Of a stretch of 64,000 nt of DNA, positions 22,961-35,948 are shown in pieces. Both the position numbers and the translations under genes were made by a program. Location of the stretch: contig NW_003314273.1 of the NCBI RefSeq assembly GCF_000143415.4, forward strand, positions 1,064,074-1,128,073. The letters run 5' to 3'. The stretch's first letter is position 1. Each line of letters starts with the position of its first letter. The DNA comes from Selaginella moellendorffii. Its lineage: Eukaryota; Plantae; Lycopodiophyta. Under the pieces are notes generated by a model that ran no database searches, was not told the DNA's origin, and was given only the letters and a program-made list of their open reading frames with translations.

Positions 22961-23750
22961 ATGGGCGGGCATGGCGGCCTCAATATCCTGCCCCAGAAGC
23001 GCTGGAACGTCTACAACTGGGACAACAGGGAGCGAGTGCGAAGGGACGAGCAGGAGGCGGAGCGGCAGCAGCAAGAGGAGCAGCAGCAGCAGCGGGATCG
23101 CGATGCCGAGTCGCGGCTGGACAAGCTTCGCACCAGCGCGCGCACCGGCCGCACCCAACCCTCTGCCCCTGACGAGACAGCCGCAGCCGCCGCGCCCGCG
23201 CCCGCACCCGCGCCCGCCCCCGCGGCGCCGCTCACCACCCACGACCAGCTCCTGGATCTCTTCGACGACGACAAGGGTGTGGCGCTGGTGCCCAGGAACA
23301 GGCACAAGGAACACAAGGAGAGGGAGCACAAGAGGGACAAGGAATTGGAGAGGGAGCGGAGGCGAGAGATCCGGCAGGCCAAGAAGAAGCAAGAGGAACT
23401 TGGTGAGGCGGAGGAGAGGTACAGGCTGGGCGGCGCCCGCTCCACGGCGCAGCCTTGGTACATGCAGTCGAGGCCGGAGGAACACGATCACGCTGCTGCA
23501 ACAGGTTGGTATTGTGCGGCAGTGTGTACATGAAAGAAATTAACTCCGTGCCTTGCAAGGTGGTGGTGGTGGTGGTGCTGCTGCTGCTGCTGGTGACAAG
23601 AAGAGGAAGAAGAGCTTGGAGGAGCTGCGAGCTGAAAGGTTGCAGAGAGAGGAGAGGGAGCGAGCCAAGGCACGCAAGCTGCTGCCCTGCACCAGCAGCA
23701 GCAGCAGCAGGAAGCACTACAACTCGAGCTTTGGGTTTGGCACGAGATAA
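22961..23750 (+). CDS. LENG1 homolog / CIR N-terminal domain protein
   Basis: MGGHGGLNILPQKRWNVYNWDNRERVRRDE...PWY...KKSLEELRAERL.RE..E...YNSSFG; one intron at ~23504-23559. Confidence 0.88.
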
Positions 23751-23791
23751 AGCTAGGTTTTGCTTGTTTTAGGGCTCTTGTTACATCCGCA

Positions 23792-24494
23792 ATGGAAGAG
23801 AGCGTTGCTCCGCTAGTCACCCTTGACACCTCCATGGGCTCTTTCACTCTGGAGCTCTACCACAAGCACGCTCCCAAGACATGTCGAAATTTCAGCGAGC
23901 TGGCCAGGCAGGGATACTACGACCAGGTCAAGTTCCACCGCGTCATCAAGGTAACTCTTATCGCTGCTCTCTCACCTCAGTCCATCCGAGCCGCCGCCAG
24001 GATTTCATGATCCAAGGAGGCGACCCCAGTGGCACCGGCAGAGGAGGAGAGTCAATTTACGGGTATGTTTCGCCTTCTCTGTTGTCAATCAAGCATTCCC
24101 ATTCCTTGGTTTTGTATGCAGCCGGCAGTTCGAGGACGAGCTAACCCGGGAGCTCAAGCACACTGGAGCGGGTGTTTTATCCATGGCCAACTCCGGCCCA
24201 AACACCAACGGGAGCCAGTTCTTCATAACGCTCGCCCCCACGCCGTGGCTCGATGGTTGGTATCTATTCAGATTCCCGGCCTGACCTGCTCTCTCTCCTC
24301 TCGCTCACGCAGGCAAGCACACCATATTCGGGAGAGTATGCAAAGGGATGGATGTTATCAAGCGACTGGGAAACGTGCACACTGACAAGAGCGACAGGTT
24401 TGGCTTGAGCTTGTCAAGTCTTGCGTTTTCTCATGCTCGTGCTTACAGGCCTGTTCACGACGTCAAGATTCTCAAGGCCACCGTCGTGGACTGA
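23792..24494 (+). CDS. CYP18-2: Cyclophilin CYP18-2 / PPIL1 (spliceosomal PPIase)
   Basis: [86 protein letters not shown]. Confidence 0.92.
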
Positions 24495-24503
24495 AGTGCT
24501 CAC

Positions 24504-25431
24504 TCAGAATGCTGCCCAACCCGCGCCCTTGCTGCTGGTGCCGCCGCTGCTGCTCTTGTTGTTATTGCTAGCCAAGGAAGGCAATCCGGCCTGGAGCGCG
24601 AGCTCGTTTCCTTAGTTACCACCAGTTTAAAGTTTCAAGGCAAAGACACTTACTTGGAGCTGGGACAGATCTGCAAGCGGATCCGGGGGCAATGCAGGAG
24701 ATTGATGGAGCTTTATTTTTGTGTCGTTTGCAGGAGATGGTGGTGGTGGAAGAGGCGAGCGAATGCGCCCGCCCCCCGGTGGGGGTGCCAGAGGCGCCGC
24801 CATCCGCCCCGTGCTGGCCATGGAGGAGGACGTTGCATTCTTGATGCCGCCGCTTTGAGCTGTGCGCGTCTTGACATTGATCTTGATCGTTTCTCCCTCC
24901 TGAAACAAGAGGATGCGTCAGTTGTGCATGGGTGAGGTACGAGGGAGGCACCTTGAGACGGAGGTCGAGGCTGGTATCGGAGGGGGAATGCTGGGAATGC
25001 TGCTCTCCTCCTCCTCGCCTTGCAGCATGCTTGTCGAAGTCGGAGAGAGCAACATTGAAGTCAAAGGCGTCGCTCCTCTCGCTGAAGCCCAGGCCCAGAA
25101 ACGCGTGCCTGCCCCTGCCGTCGTCCACTTTCAGCACAAAGTAGCGCGACGAGTCCAGCACGCTCTCCACCGTCGCGTCTCTCTTACCGGCCTCCACGGG
25201 GCATGCGGCGAAGAGCTCCCCGGTGTTGGAATCCTCGAGGCGCACCTCGCATTTGCCCCCAGTGGACACGAGGCGCAGCCTGCCCGACCAGATCTTGTCC
25301 GATTGGAGCCACTCGCCGCACTTGTAGCCGGCGCTGGTGGTCCGCGGCGGGATCTTGTACACGGACACCTCGCGCACCACCAAGAGCGTCGTCGCCTCCG
25401 GATCTACATCCTCCTCCTCGCCCTCCACCAT
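24504..25431 (-). CDS. NECAP: NECAP (adaptin ear-binding coat-associated protein)
   Basis: VSVYKIPPR...GYKC.EW..IWSGRLR, VESVLDSSRYFVL, AFLGLGF.ERSDAFDFNVAL, LKEGETIKINV, C-terminal GWAAF* (WxxF). Confidence 0.93.
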
Positions 25432-25496
25432 AGCTCCACCCTAGGGCAACGTGGCGGTCCCGGGATAGGGCTAGCTTAGCTAGGGTTGTGGGTGCG

Positions 25497-28400
25497 ATGA
25501 AGGAAATGGTGGATTTGCCGCCCCGGCTGCTGGGCGACACCACCAAGTGCGTAGACGGCGAGCTCCCGGTGATCATGCCCACTGTGCTGCTGCCCCCGGC
25601 TCCCAAATTCAAATGGGGGGACTTCGAGGAGGAGGAGGAGGAGGCGGCGGCGGCGGTGGAGGAGGAGGCACCGTCACTCCCTGCTGGCGGCGACAAGGAT
25701 GAATCCACTACCAGGGCAGCGGAGGAGGAGGAAGAAGCTGTTGCTACATCAGTTGCGGAGGAGGATCAGCGTGTTTCGTCACCCAGTGCGCACAATGTTG
25801 GTGAAGCTCCTGTGGACATGGACAACAGCGTGGTCATGGAAACATTCAGGATTTGTGCCCGAGGAGCCCCCGCCGCCCCCGCCCCTGCCGAGTCGGGCGG
25901 AGAGAAGAAGGAAAGGTTTCGGCACCGCCTGTGGTGCTATCTGTTTGAGAACTTGAATCGCGCCATCGACGAGCTCTACTTCCTGTGCGAGCTGGAATGT
26001 GACATGGAGCAGATCCACGAGGCTCTCCTGGTTTTCAACGAAGCTGGCCTGGACTTCAGCGAGCTCAAGGCTAGAGTTGGAAACTTCGAAACGCTCAAGA
26101 AGAAGAAAGCCGGTTCTGGACAAGCCATGGACAGCAGTGATGCCACAAAGGTGGAGCAACGACCGCATGCTATCGCTTGGGAGGTACGGGCTTGATTGAG
26201 CCTCTTGTTGTCTGTTGGTTGCTCAGACGCACGGTTGCATTGCCTCAGGTGCGTAGAATGGCATCCTCTCCTCGTCGTGCCGACATCCTTTCCCTGTCGC
26301 TTGAGGCTTTCAAGAAAGTGCACAATGGAACAAGCAGCAAGCAGCACGAGAGCACGCATCACACAAGTCGCAGGAGTGCCGTCCGGTTTCTGTCCTTTGA
26401 GCAAGACACCATGCCCGTGGTGAACGATAATGCTGCTGCTACAGAGGAGCGGGAGGAGAAACAGGCACTAGCGCCGCATGGCAAGGGGCAGGAGCTGCAC
26501 AAGGACGTCGACAAAGTGGCGGCGGCGGCAATCGACGTGAAGAAGCTGGACTGTCCTCCATGCAAGGAGGACGTTAAGCCTTCTCAGGCCGGCGACCATG
26601 ATGCAAGTCCAAGGCCTTTGCGCTGCGATGGAAAAGTCAGTTCGAACCCGGCGGCTTTGGAAGCATGGAAGGAGAAGAGAAACTGGGAGGATATCCTATC
26701 CTCCCCTCTGGGAAACGTACCCAAGGCATCTGCTTCTCCTGGAGGTGGTGGAAGGAAAAGTACCGAGCGTGGTCGCGTTCTGCATGACAAGCTCATGTCA
26801 CCGGAACGCAAGAAGAAGTCCCCCATGGAGATGAAGAAAGAAGTTGACGAGAAGCAAGCACGGGCCACAAGAATCAGAAGAGAACTTGAAAATGAACGAG
26901 CTCTTCGTCTCCAGCGCACAACCGAGAAGCTCAATCGTGTCAGTGAATGGCAAGCTGTCCGAAGCACGAAGTTGAGAGAAGGAATGCATGCACGCCAACA
27001 GCGGGGAGAGTCGCGGCATGAGGCGCACCTCGCACAGATCGCAAGGAGGGCCAGTGACGAGAGCAGCAAAGTGAGTGAGGTGCGGTTCATCACGTCACTC
27101 AACGAGGAAAACAAAAAGTTGTCCCTCCAGCAAAAGCTTCAAGACTCAGAGGTAAGGCGGGCGGAGCGGCTCCAGAGCCTCAGAATCAAGCAGAAGGAAG
27201 ATGTTGCCAGAGAAGAGGCTGCAATGGAGCGCAGGAAGCTTCTCGAGGCTGAAAGGCTGCAGCGTATTGCAGACACGCAGCGGAAAAAGGAAGAAGCCCA
27301 GGCTAGGAGGGAGGAGGAGCGCAAGGCTGCTAGTGCTGCCCGGGAGGCACGCGCCGTGGAACAAGTCCGGAAGAAGGAAGTAAGGGCCAAAGCGCAGGAA
27401 GAGGAGGTGGAGCTGCTGAGGCAAAAGTTGGCCGAGCGTCTGCGCGAGAGTGCTCTCCGTCGGAAAATATACCTGGAGCAGATCCGGGAGAGGGCTGTTA
27501 TGGACACGCGGGAGCAGGGTTCACCACTGTCGAGGCGGCCTTCTAGCAGAGAGGGTGGACAGGCCGGCCGCGCTCCAGCCCCTTTAGCCAACGACGCTCC
27601 TCCTGAGGTTTGTGAGATGCGGCTTGTTGGACCGGTCAAGTTCTCTCCAAATGCGAATGCAGCATCGACTACCACGGCTAGTTCCGATGGCCATCACCTC
27701 AAGAAGCGGATAAAGAAAATACGACAGAGGCTGACCACCAGGAGATTTGACTTTGTTGAGACGCCCGCTCCCGGGGTGGAGAGCTCCAGCAGGTCTAAGC
27801 TAGGACGCTGGGTACAGGAGTTGCAAAGGCTCCAGCAAGCAAGGAAAGCTGGGGCTTCGGCAACTGTCCAGATTATTGCGGAAATCATCAAGGTATACCA
27901 ACTCTTCACATAATTCTTCATATAACCTGACTTACTCTAATTTTCTGTCCATAGCACCTCGACGGGAAAGAGGCTGAGCTGCATGTTGCCCGCCACACGG
28001 GCCTTGTTGACTTCATTGCTACAGCACTTCCTGCCTCTCATACCTCGAAACCGGAGGCCTCGCAGACTACAGTCGCCCTTCTCAAACTATTGGTGGTCTT
28101 GCTCACGCTTCCTGCAAACCGAAGCTATTTCTTGGCGCGAAACTTGCTGCCGCCTCTGGTACCCATTCTATCCACTGCGCTCGAGAATTACAGCAGTGTG
28201 GGCTGCTCGGCCAGCAGCAGCACGGGTGACAAGCTGGTTGTGGACGACAAGTTCAATGCGGTTGGGGAGGTCCTGGAAGACCTGCTCAAGTGCGTCACCC
28301 ACGTCATGGGACATAGCTCTTTGGATGAGCGGCAGCTGCAAATGCAGGACGACCTGGTGGAGCTCATTGTAGCCTGTGACATCATTCATCGCCTCCGCAA

Positions 28401-29848
28401 CTTGTTTGCACTCTTTGACAGGCCACAGGTTGAAGGGGCGCCCTTCCCACCACCCGTACTTCTCGGCCTCAAGCTACTCGACACACTGACGCGAGGAAAG
28501 ACGCTGACGGCGGCACAGTCTCCGTCCAGTATGGCAGCTCAATTCTTCTACTTTCAAAAGTTGATGGGAATGAAGAGGCCGGCCGAAGTACAGGAGTTGC
28601 CGTTTGACGAGCTCGAGAGCAACCGCCATCCATCAGACTGCGCTTCTAGCTGCAGCGAACCTGCCGAGGACCAGCTAGTCGAGGCTGACCGCACTTCCAA
28701 ATTGGATGCAGGAACGAGCAACAGGGACGAACTGAGGAGACCATCGTACGCGAGTAAATCTGTCGGCTTTCTTCTCGTGGCCATTGCCGAGACTGGAATG
28801 GTCGGCCTTCCCTCACTGCTTACCGCCGTTCTGTTGCAGTCTAATCCAAGAGCTGCTTCCACTGACCAGGCAAGCAAATTTCCTTTCCACTGCTTTTTGT
28901 TTGACTGACTTTGTCTGGCTCTAGGCCTTGCCGTTGAACTTTGAAGAGGTTGCTACCAGTGTTCTCAGGGTTCTTAACAACACCGCATGCCTAGACCTCT
29001 CTCTAGTGCAGAACATGTTGGCAATGCCAGATTTGAAGATGGAATTTTTCCATCTGGTTAGCTTCTTGTTATCGTACTGCACTGGCAAGTGGAGAACTAC
29101 GACGGATCAGGTTTTACAACTTGCCTCTTAAATTACCTAGTAACGTTCTTTGTAGGTGGCATCACTGCTACTCGAAACGCTTCTACTTCTTGGCTATTTT
29201 GCTCTCTTGCACACTGGGAACCAAGCAGTACTTAGGTGGGGTAAAAGCCCGACGATTCTGCACAAGGTCTGTTGTCTTACTTCGGCTTCCGAGCCTGTTT
29301 TTGACGTGCTTCGTTCTTTACAGATATGTGATTTGCCATTTGCGTTCTTTAGTGATGCCGAGCTCACACCGATTCTAGTCGGCACGCTTCTGGCCGCATG
29401 CTACGGGAGTGAGCGCAACAGGGATGTCATCCAGCAAGAACTGAGCATGGAGCTGGTGCTTTCCGTGTTGAGATCCTCTAGAGGACAAACTGAGAGCAGC
29501 AAGGCAGGCATTCAGAGTGCGGAAGCCATGCTAAATGCAGCTGCCGTCCAGCAGCAGGTGGTGAGACGCATGGATGTCATTACTGAGGAATGCGACGAGG
29601 AAATGCAACACAAACAGCAGCAGCTACCAGGGGCTACTGCTAGTACTGAAGACCGAAACCTCGACGACTTCTCAGAGGTAACATCGGGTCGGCGGTCAGT
29701 AGTAGCAAGCAAGAATGGCATCAAGGCAAAGAAGGTACAAAGGCCTAGGTGTCAAGAGTGCAACCGGGATTCTCTTGTGTTTCTGTTAGAGAACCGGTTT
29801 CCATCTAGCTTGTGGGACAACGCAATTGATTTCTTCTCAATAAGATAG
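25497..29848 (+). CDS. SCAPER-like large coiled-coil protein
   Basis: RFRHRLWCYLFENLNRAIDELYFLCELE (SCAPER N-domain), LHDKLMSPERKK, long E/K/R coiled coil, LLLGYF...TILHKICDLPFAFF, ENRFP. Confidence 0.82.
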
Positions 29849-29920
29849 GTAGGACACCCTGGACAAAAAAGAAATAACCAGAAAAGAGTGTCTTCGTCCA
29901 TGTCGTACCGTGTGTGCCTC

Positions 29921-32900
29921 TCATTCCTCCATGTCTTCGTCATCGTCATCCAACGTCTCCTCTATTCTCATCTTCTTGACACGGGCGTCTGTGCTAGACG
30001 CCGTTGACGACGGAACACTTATTAACACGTCCTTGTCCGTGCCTCTTCCATTCTTGTCTACCCGGCACACTAACTCTGTTCCTCCGGGCCTTATGTCAAT
30101 GTAGACTGTGGAATTCTCGTCGATTTCTCCATTGATGAGCATTCGTGAAAGCTGCGTCACCACCTTTTTCTCGAGCCATCTGCGAATAGGACGGGCGCCG
30201 TAAACCTGAAACAACGATACTCGGAAGGATAAACAAGAGAGAATGAAAGAGTTCATACCGGATCGTAGGCCTCCGATAGGACGTGATCGAGAGCTGCGTC
30301 CGACACACCAAGGGCCACTCCTCTTTGAGCCAGGCGCATTGCCACCTCCTTCATCTGTATCCGGGCAACCTTGCGAAGCTGCTCGTGAGACAATGGATGA
30401 AATACGACGATGTCGTCCAGCCGATTAAGCAGCTCCGGCCTGAAGTGCCTTCTCACCTGGAGCAACAACAGTTGGTCAAAGAGGCTTGAACTGGTAATAG
30501 ACCACTCACCTCCATCATCACTTTTTCCTTCGCCGCCTTCATGGTTGTCTGCCCAATCATTCCAGACAACAGATGCTCGGCTCCCAGGTTGGATGTCATG
30601 ATGATTACGCACTCTGCAAAGTTTACCGTACGACCCTGGCCATCGGTAAGGCGACCGTCATCTAGAAGTTGCAATAGCGTGTTGAAAATTGAACTATGCG
30701 CTTTCTCGACTTCATCAAACAGAATCACACTGTATGGACGCCGCCTCACAGCTTCAGTTAGCTGGCCACCTTCTTCGTAGCCGACATACCTGGAAAGCAT
30801 TCGTTTCGTTTAGTTCGGCACAACTAAGTAGAAAGCACACAACATACCCCGGCGGTGCACCGATCAGCCTTGCGACGGCATGCTGCTCCATGTACTCCGA
30901 CATGTCTAGGCGGATGAGCTGATTCTCGTCGTCAAACAACTGCTCGGCCAACGCCTTCGCCAGCTCAGTCTTTCCAACGCCAGTTGGTCCAAGAAACATG
31001 AAGGATCCGGTGGGCTGCCGTGGCCTACCCAGCCCCGCACGAGATCTGAGCACAGCCTCCGCGACGGCCTCAACCGCTTCATCTTGCCCAACCACCCTTT
31101 CATGGAGTCGCTTACCAAGCCCAACCAGCCTTTCCTTGTCGTCTTGACCCAACCTCTTCACAGGCACTCCTGTCCATCGGCTGACTACCTGCGGTAACGT
31201 ATTGAGGACATGACAAACAAGAGAATCCGGCGTACCTCCGCGATTTGTTCGGGGCCTACTGCTTCGGTTAGCATGTTATTCTCCTCAGCTTCCTTCTCGA
31301 TCCTCGCAATAGCAGCATCTATCTCTTGTAAGCCCCCGTAACGTATATCGGCTGCGCGGGCCAAATCCATTCTTCTCTCCGCTTCTTGCAAACTGATTTG
31401 CAACTCCTCACGCTTTTTCTTCAGCCTACGCAGCTGGTCGACGCGCTCCTTCTCCTTCTGGTATCTCATCTTCAGAGGCTGCAACTTCTCCTTAAGATTG
31501 TCCAGCTCCTGATGGACCTGATGCAACACCATCAGTAAGAATCACCAGGACCCAGAGCCTACATACCTCCACAAGCCGATCTTTGCTGGCTTTATCCTTT
31601 TCCTTTTCAAGCGCGTGCATCTCAATTTCGAGCTGAATGCGTTGCCTCTCCAGTTTGTCAATCTCTTCCGGCTGGCTGTCCAGCTGCACGCGGACATTAG
31701 CACAAGCCTCATCCACGAGATCAATCGCCTTGTCGGGCAAGTGCCGTCCTGAGCCAAACATTGTGTTAGCAACGCTGGGCATTCCGGTGTGTTACGTACC
31801 CGCGATATAGCGACTAGAGAGCTGCGCCGCAACAACGAGTGCCCGGTCCATGATCCTAACTCCGTGATGCCCTTCGTACCTCTCCTTGAGGCCACGCAGA
31901 ATACTGATTGTCTCGGGCACCGACGGCTCCTTGACCAAGACCTGCTGAAATCGCCGCTCGAAAGCTGCGTCCTTCTCCACGTACTTGCGGTACTCAGCGA
32001 GCGTAGTGGCACCAATGCAGCGGAGAGTTCCCCTGGCCAGCATGGGCTTGAAGAGGTTGGCAGCGTCCATGGAGCCTTCGGTACGACCTGCATGCATGGT
32101 GTATGAGCAACATGTGCGACAAACAAGTGTCCATTGCACGCACCGGCTCCGAGGACAAGATGCACCTCATCGATAAAGAGGATGACTTTGCCCTGCGCGT
32201 CTTCCACCTCCTTGAGCACGGCTTTGAGCCGCTCCTCAAACTCACCCCGGTATTTGGCACCGGCAATGAGCGCACCCATGTCCAGCGCAATGACGCGCAC
32301 GTCCGACAGGTTGCTGCCATCCATCCAAGTCAGTCAAAACAGAGACAAACATATACATCCACACGCACCTGGGGATGTCGCCCCGCACGATCCTCTGCGC
32401 CAGGCCTTCCACCACGGCAGTCTTGCCCACCCCGGGCTCCCCAATGAGCACGGGGTTGTTCTTGGTCCTCCGGGACAGGATGCGTACCACCCTCCTGATC
32501 TCCTCGTCCCTCCCAATGACGGGGTCCAGCTTGCCAGCCTCCTCAACCAGGTCCTTGCCATACTTTTTGAGCGCATCGAAGTTGGTGTCCCCGCCCGCGC
32601 TCTCCACCTTCTTGCCGGACCCCCTCAGCTTTTCCAGCTCCGACTTCACCTTGGACGGCGAGATGCCCGCCTCCGTCAGGCAGTCGGACAGCTGCGAGTC
32701 TTCCAGCAGCGCCAGAATGAGCTGATCCACCGCCAGGTACGTGTCGCCTTTGCTCTTCTGCGCCGAATGTGCCTTGCGCACGATCTTGCTCAATGCGCTG
32801 TTGACGGGCACCTCCTCCGGGGGGGGGTTCTGGCAGGGGATCTTGCTGAGGTAGCGGCGGAGCACCCTCTCCAGGGACGCCGCGGATTCGTCGCCCACCG

Positions 32901-33045
32901 CCTGCTTGAGCAGCCCCTCGGGATCGGTGAGCAGCACCAGCGCCAGGTGCAAGGGCGTGAACTGCGCATGCCCCATGGACTGCGCCATCTCCTGCCCGGC
33001 CGCCAGGGCCTCGCGCGTCTTGTGCGTGAAACGATCCGGATTCAT
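29921..33045 (-). CDS. HSP101: Cytosolic ClpB/HSP101 disaggregase, ~10 exons
   Basis: [99 protein letters not shown]. Confidence 0.97.
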
Positions 33046-33121
33046 CCTTTTCCCTTGTGCGATCACAATCGGAGCTGCCCAGTAGCCCTAGGTAAATGTT
33101 TTGTAGGAGCTGGAGAGAGAG

Positions 33122-33139
33122 CTCTAGAAGCCTCGAGAG
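33122..33139. promoter_or_regulatory. Imperfect heat-shock element between HSP101 and TTC39-like gene
   Basis: CTCtaGAAgcCTCgaGAG: four alternating nGAAn/nTTCn-phase units, one perfect and three with one mismatch each, ~80 nt upstream of the HSP101 ATG. Confidence 0.55.
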
Positions 33140-33210
33140 CGCCAGCCACGTGTCGCCCGAATATACCGGACAAATGTTTTAGGGTTCTTGTGAGGGCAAC
33201 CGACGTGCCA

Positions 33211-35948
33211 ATGGATCTGCTCAAGCCCAAGAAGAACGACTTTATAATGTCGCTCGAGGACCGTGGTGCCGAGTTTGATGCCGAAGAACAGCAGGCAAGC
33301 CATGGAAAATGCATGTAGAGAAACCTGATTGACGGGCTAGCTCTCTCTTGGGCAGATAATGAAGGGCATGGAGCTGCTTTACTCGGACAAGTTGAACGAG
33401 GGCGAGGACTTTTTCGATGAACTGAGGCTGCACCACCCCCGCTTCAGCCTGCACCATGCCTGGGTGGCGGCCTACGTCGCCCTCATGTCATCGGACGAAG
33501 ACGATGTGGAGCGCGCAATCACCCTCCTCTCGGAAACGGAAGCGCTGGCCAGCCAGCAAGCTCAAAAGTAAGGTGCCCAGCATGGAAAGAGGGACGGGCT
33601 GAGCGATACAATGTATATTCAATTGCCAGGTTCAGCACCCACAGCAACATCAAGAAGGTGAACGAGGCGGTGTCGTCGCTCAAGTCGTGGGCGCTGGGAA
33701 AGATGGCCAAGAAAGGCATCGCGGTTGGGGCTGCCAAGGCAGCAGCTGAAGAACAAGAGACCAAAGCCGAGGGTGCGCTCGCGGAGATGGTCCACCTCCA
33801 CCGTGCGAGACGAGCACGGCTGTGGGCGATCCAGATCCAGGGCGAGTGCTACCTTCTCACGTCGCTGCTGCAGGTCTGAACTGGATTGGGGATGGCTGGG
33901 AACAATGCGTGCTTGGCTCACTCGCAGATTGTTGGGGCTGGGGAGAGCTGGACAAGCATGGTCAAGCTTGGCTACAACCTCAAGAAGACAGCCAGCATCT
34001 ACCAGCATTGCGAGAAGAAGCTCCGCAAGCTGACCAAAGAGTGGATAAAGATGGGGGGCAGCTTCAAGGTGCCCGAGAGCATGCACGGGTCCGACGAGGA
34101 CAGTGATTCGGGCAGCGAAGACGACGACAACGACGATCGAGGCTCCTCGGTAAGGGAGTTATAACACCTATATCTACATAGGCTGTGTGAAAGCAAGCTC
34201 TCTATCTAGTACGTTGTTGATATATAGAAAGGAAAGAGCAGCAACCTGTCCAAGAGCCGCAGCCTGGCGGAGAGGCTGGCAGACCTGGACATGAGCAGCA
34301 GCTCTGGCGACAGGATCGACAACGCCCGGCTGGACATAAAGCAGCTGGACGCTCTAGGGAATGACCAGCGGATGGTCCTGGACACGAGGAAAGGGATCCA
34401 AGAGGACTACGAGCTGTCATCCCTGCGGATAGGCCTCGAGTTCGGGATCGGGGCCTTCAACCTCGTTGTCTCGCTCATTCCCGCTTCGTTCCAAAAGGCC
34501 ACGGAGGTGATGGGCCTGCCGGGTGACAGGAACAAAGGCCTCAGGTTGTTGCAAAAGGCTGCCGCCACAAACCATCCCAGAGCGCCGATCTCCTTCGTCA
34601 TGCTACTGCAATGTAAGCGTAAAAGCAGATGGACCATGGCTTTACACTCGTGAGCTTGTGTTGGCAGACCACACGGTTATCATGGGCCTCTTGCCATATG
34701 GAGACCAGCATGGAAAGGAGGCCAAGCAGCTGCTGGACAAGGTGCAGGCCCAGTGGAAGAACGGGTCCATCTTCAGGATAATGCTGTCCCGCTACGAGCG
34801 ATATGAGGGAATGCTTTCCAAGTCACTCGACACCCTCGTCCGAAACTCCAAGACGGATCCCTACGACATAAGCAACCGTGGCTGCAACCAGAGGCTGAGG
34901 AACTTTATGATAGACGAGCTGGGTTGGTGCTACCTTCTGCAAGGGGAATTCGACAAGGCCGCGGAGCAATTTGGCAAACTGTTCAAGGTAACACGCTCAT
35001 GAACTGAACGTGTCGACTATCAAGTCTCTGGCAGGACACCGTGTGGTTCAAGCCATTCTACGCCTGCCTGCAGGCGGCCTGCCTGTGGGAGGCCGGCGAC
35101 AAGCAGCACGAGGCCGCAAGCAGCGTCCTCCGTGAGCTCCCGCAGCTTGTGGCGGGCAAGAAGCAGACGGGGCCGCTCGAGCAGTACGGCCTCCGGATGG
35201 CTAACGAGTTTGTGGCCAGCAGCCAGGTACGTCCCCAGGGAGGGCTTGCAATCCTGATAAGAGTGTTGCTGGTTTTGGTTGGCGTCTAGGCTCCCCTCTT
35301 CCCAGCACTGGAGCTGGCAGCCGTGTACAATGGGTTCCAACACATGGACAAACCATCGCTTGAGCGGCACATGGACGCCATTGAAGACGTTCAGAAGAAG
35401 CCACAGGTACCAGTTGGTGGCTGGAAGGGAACTCACGTATGCCTGATTGCGTTTGCTGTCTAGTAGCAGAGTGGGGAGGGGACGTCCAAGGCTGGCGGCC
35501 ATGGCACGTTCGAAATCCGGTGGAACAATACAAGCAAGCTGCTGTGCAGGTATGTAATGCTTGGAACCAAACAGCCTCTGTTACCTGTGGTTACCTTGCT
35601 CTTGTTAAAGGTTCTTGCTGGGCCACTGCCACAAGGCCCTGGGGGACAAGCACAAAGCGCAGGACTGCTTCCGCCACGTAGTGAAGAACTCTGAAAACGT
35701 TCCCGGGTAAGCAGGGGGCTTGTTCGTTTCCCGCCTGCTCACCCGCCCCCACGCTGTGCGTGCGCAGCAACTTTGTTCCCTACAGCTGCTACGAGCTGGC
35801 TGCCCTGCTGCTGCAAGACGACATCAACTCCCAGGAGGGGCTGAGCCTGCTGGACAAGGCGGTGGCGTTTCCCCCTCATGAGTTCCAGCCCAGGCTCAAG
35901 TTCGTGGTGAGCGAGATGACCAAAATCTACCGGCCTCTTAACAAATGA
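33211..35948 (+). CDS. TTC39/IML2 (DUF3808) family TPR protein, ~12 exons
   Basis: [22 protein letters not shown]...[20 protein letters not shown]....[40 protein letters not shown]. Confidence 0.8.

Noticed and set aside
32134-33318. 394-aa plus-strand ORF
   Set aside because: Antisense shadow of the GC-rich HSP101 first exon; no recognisable motif.
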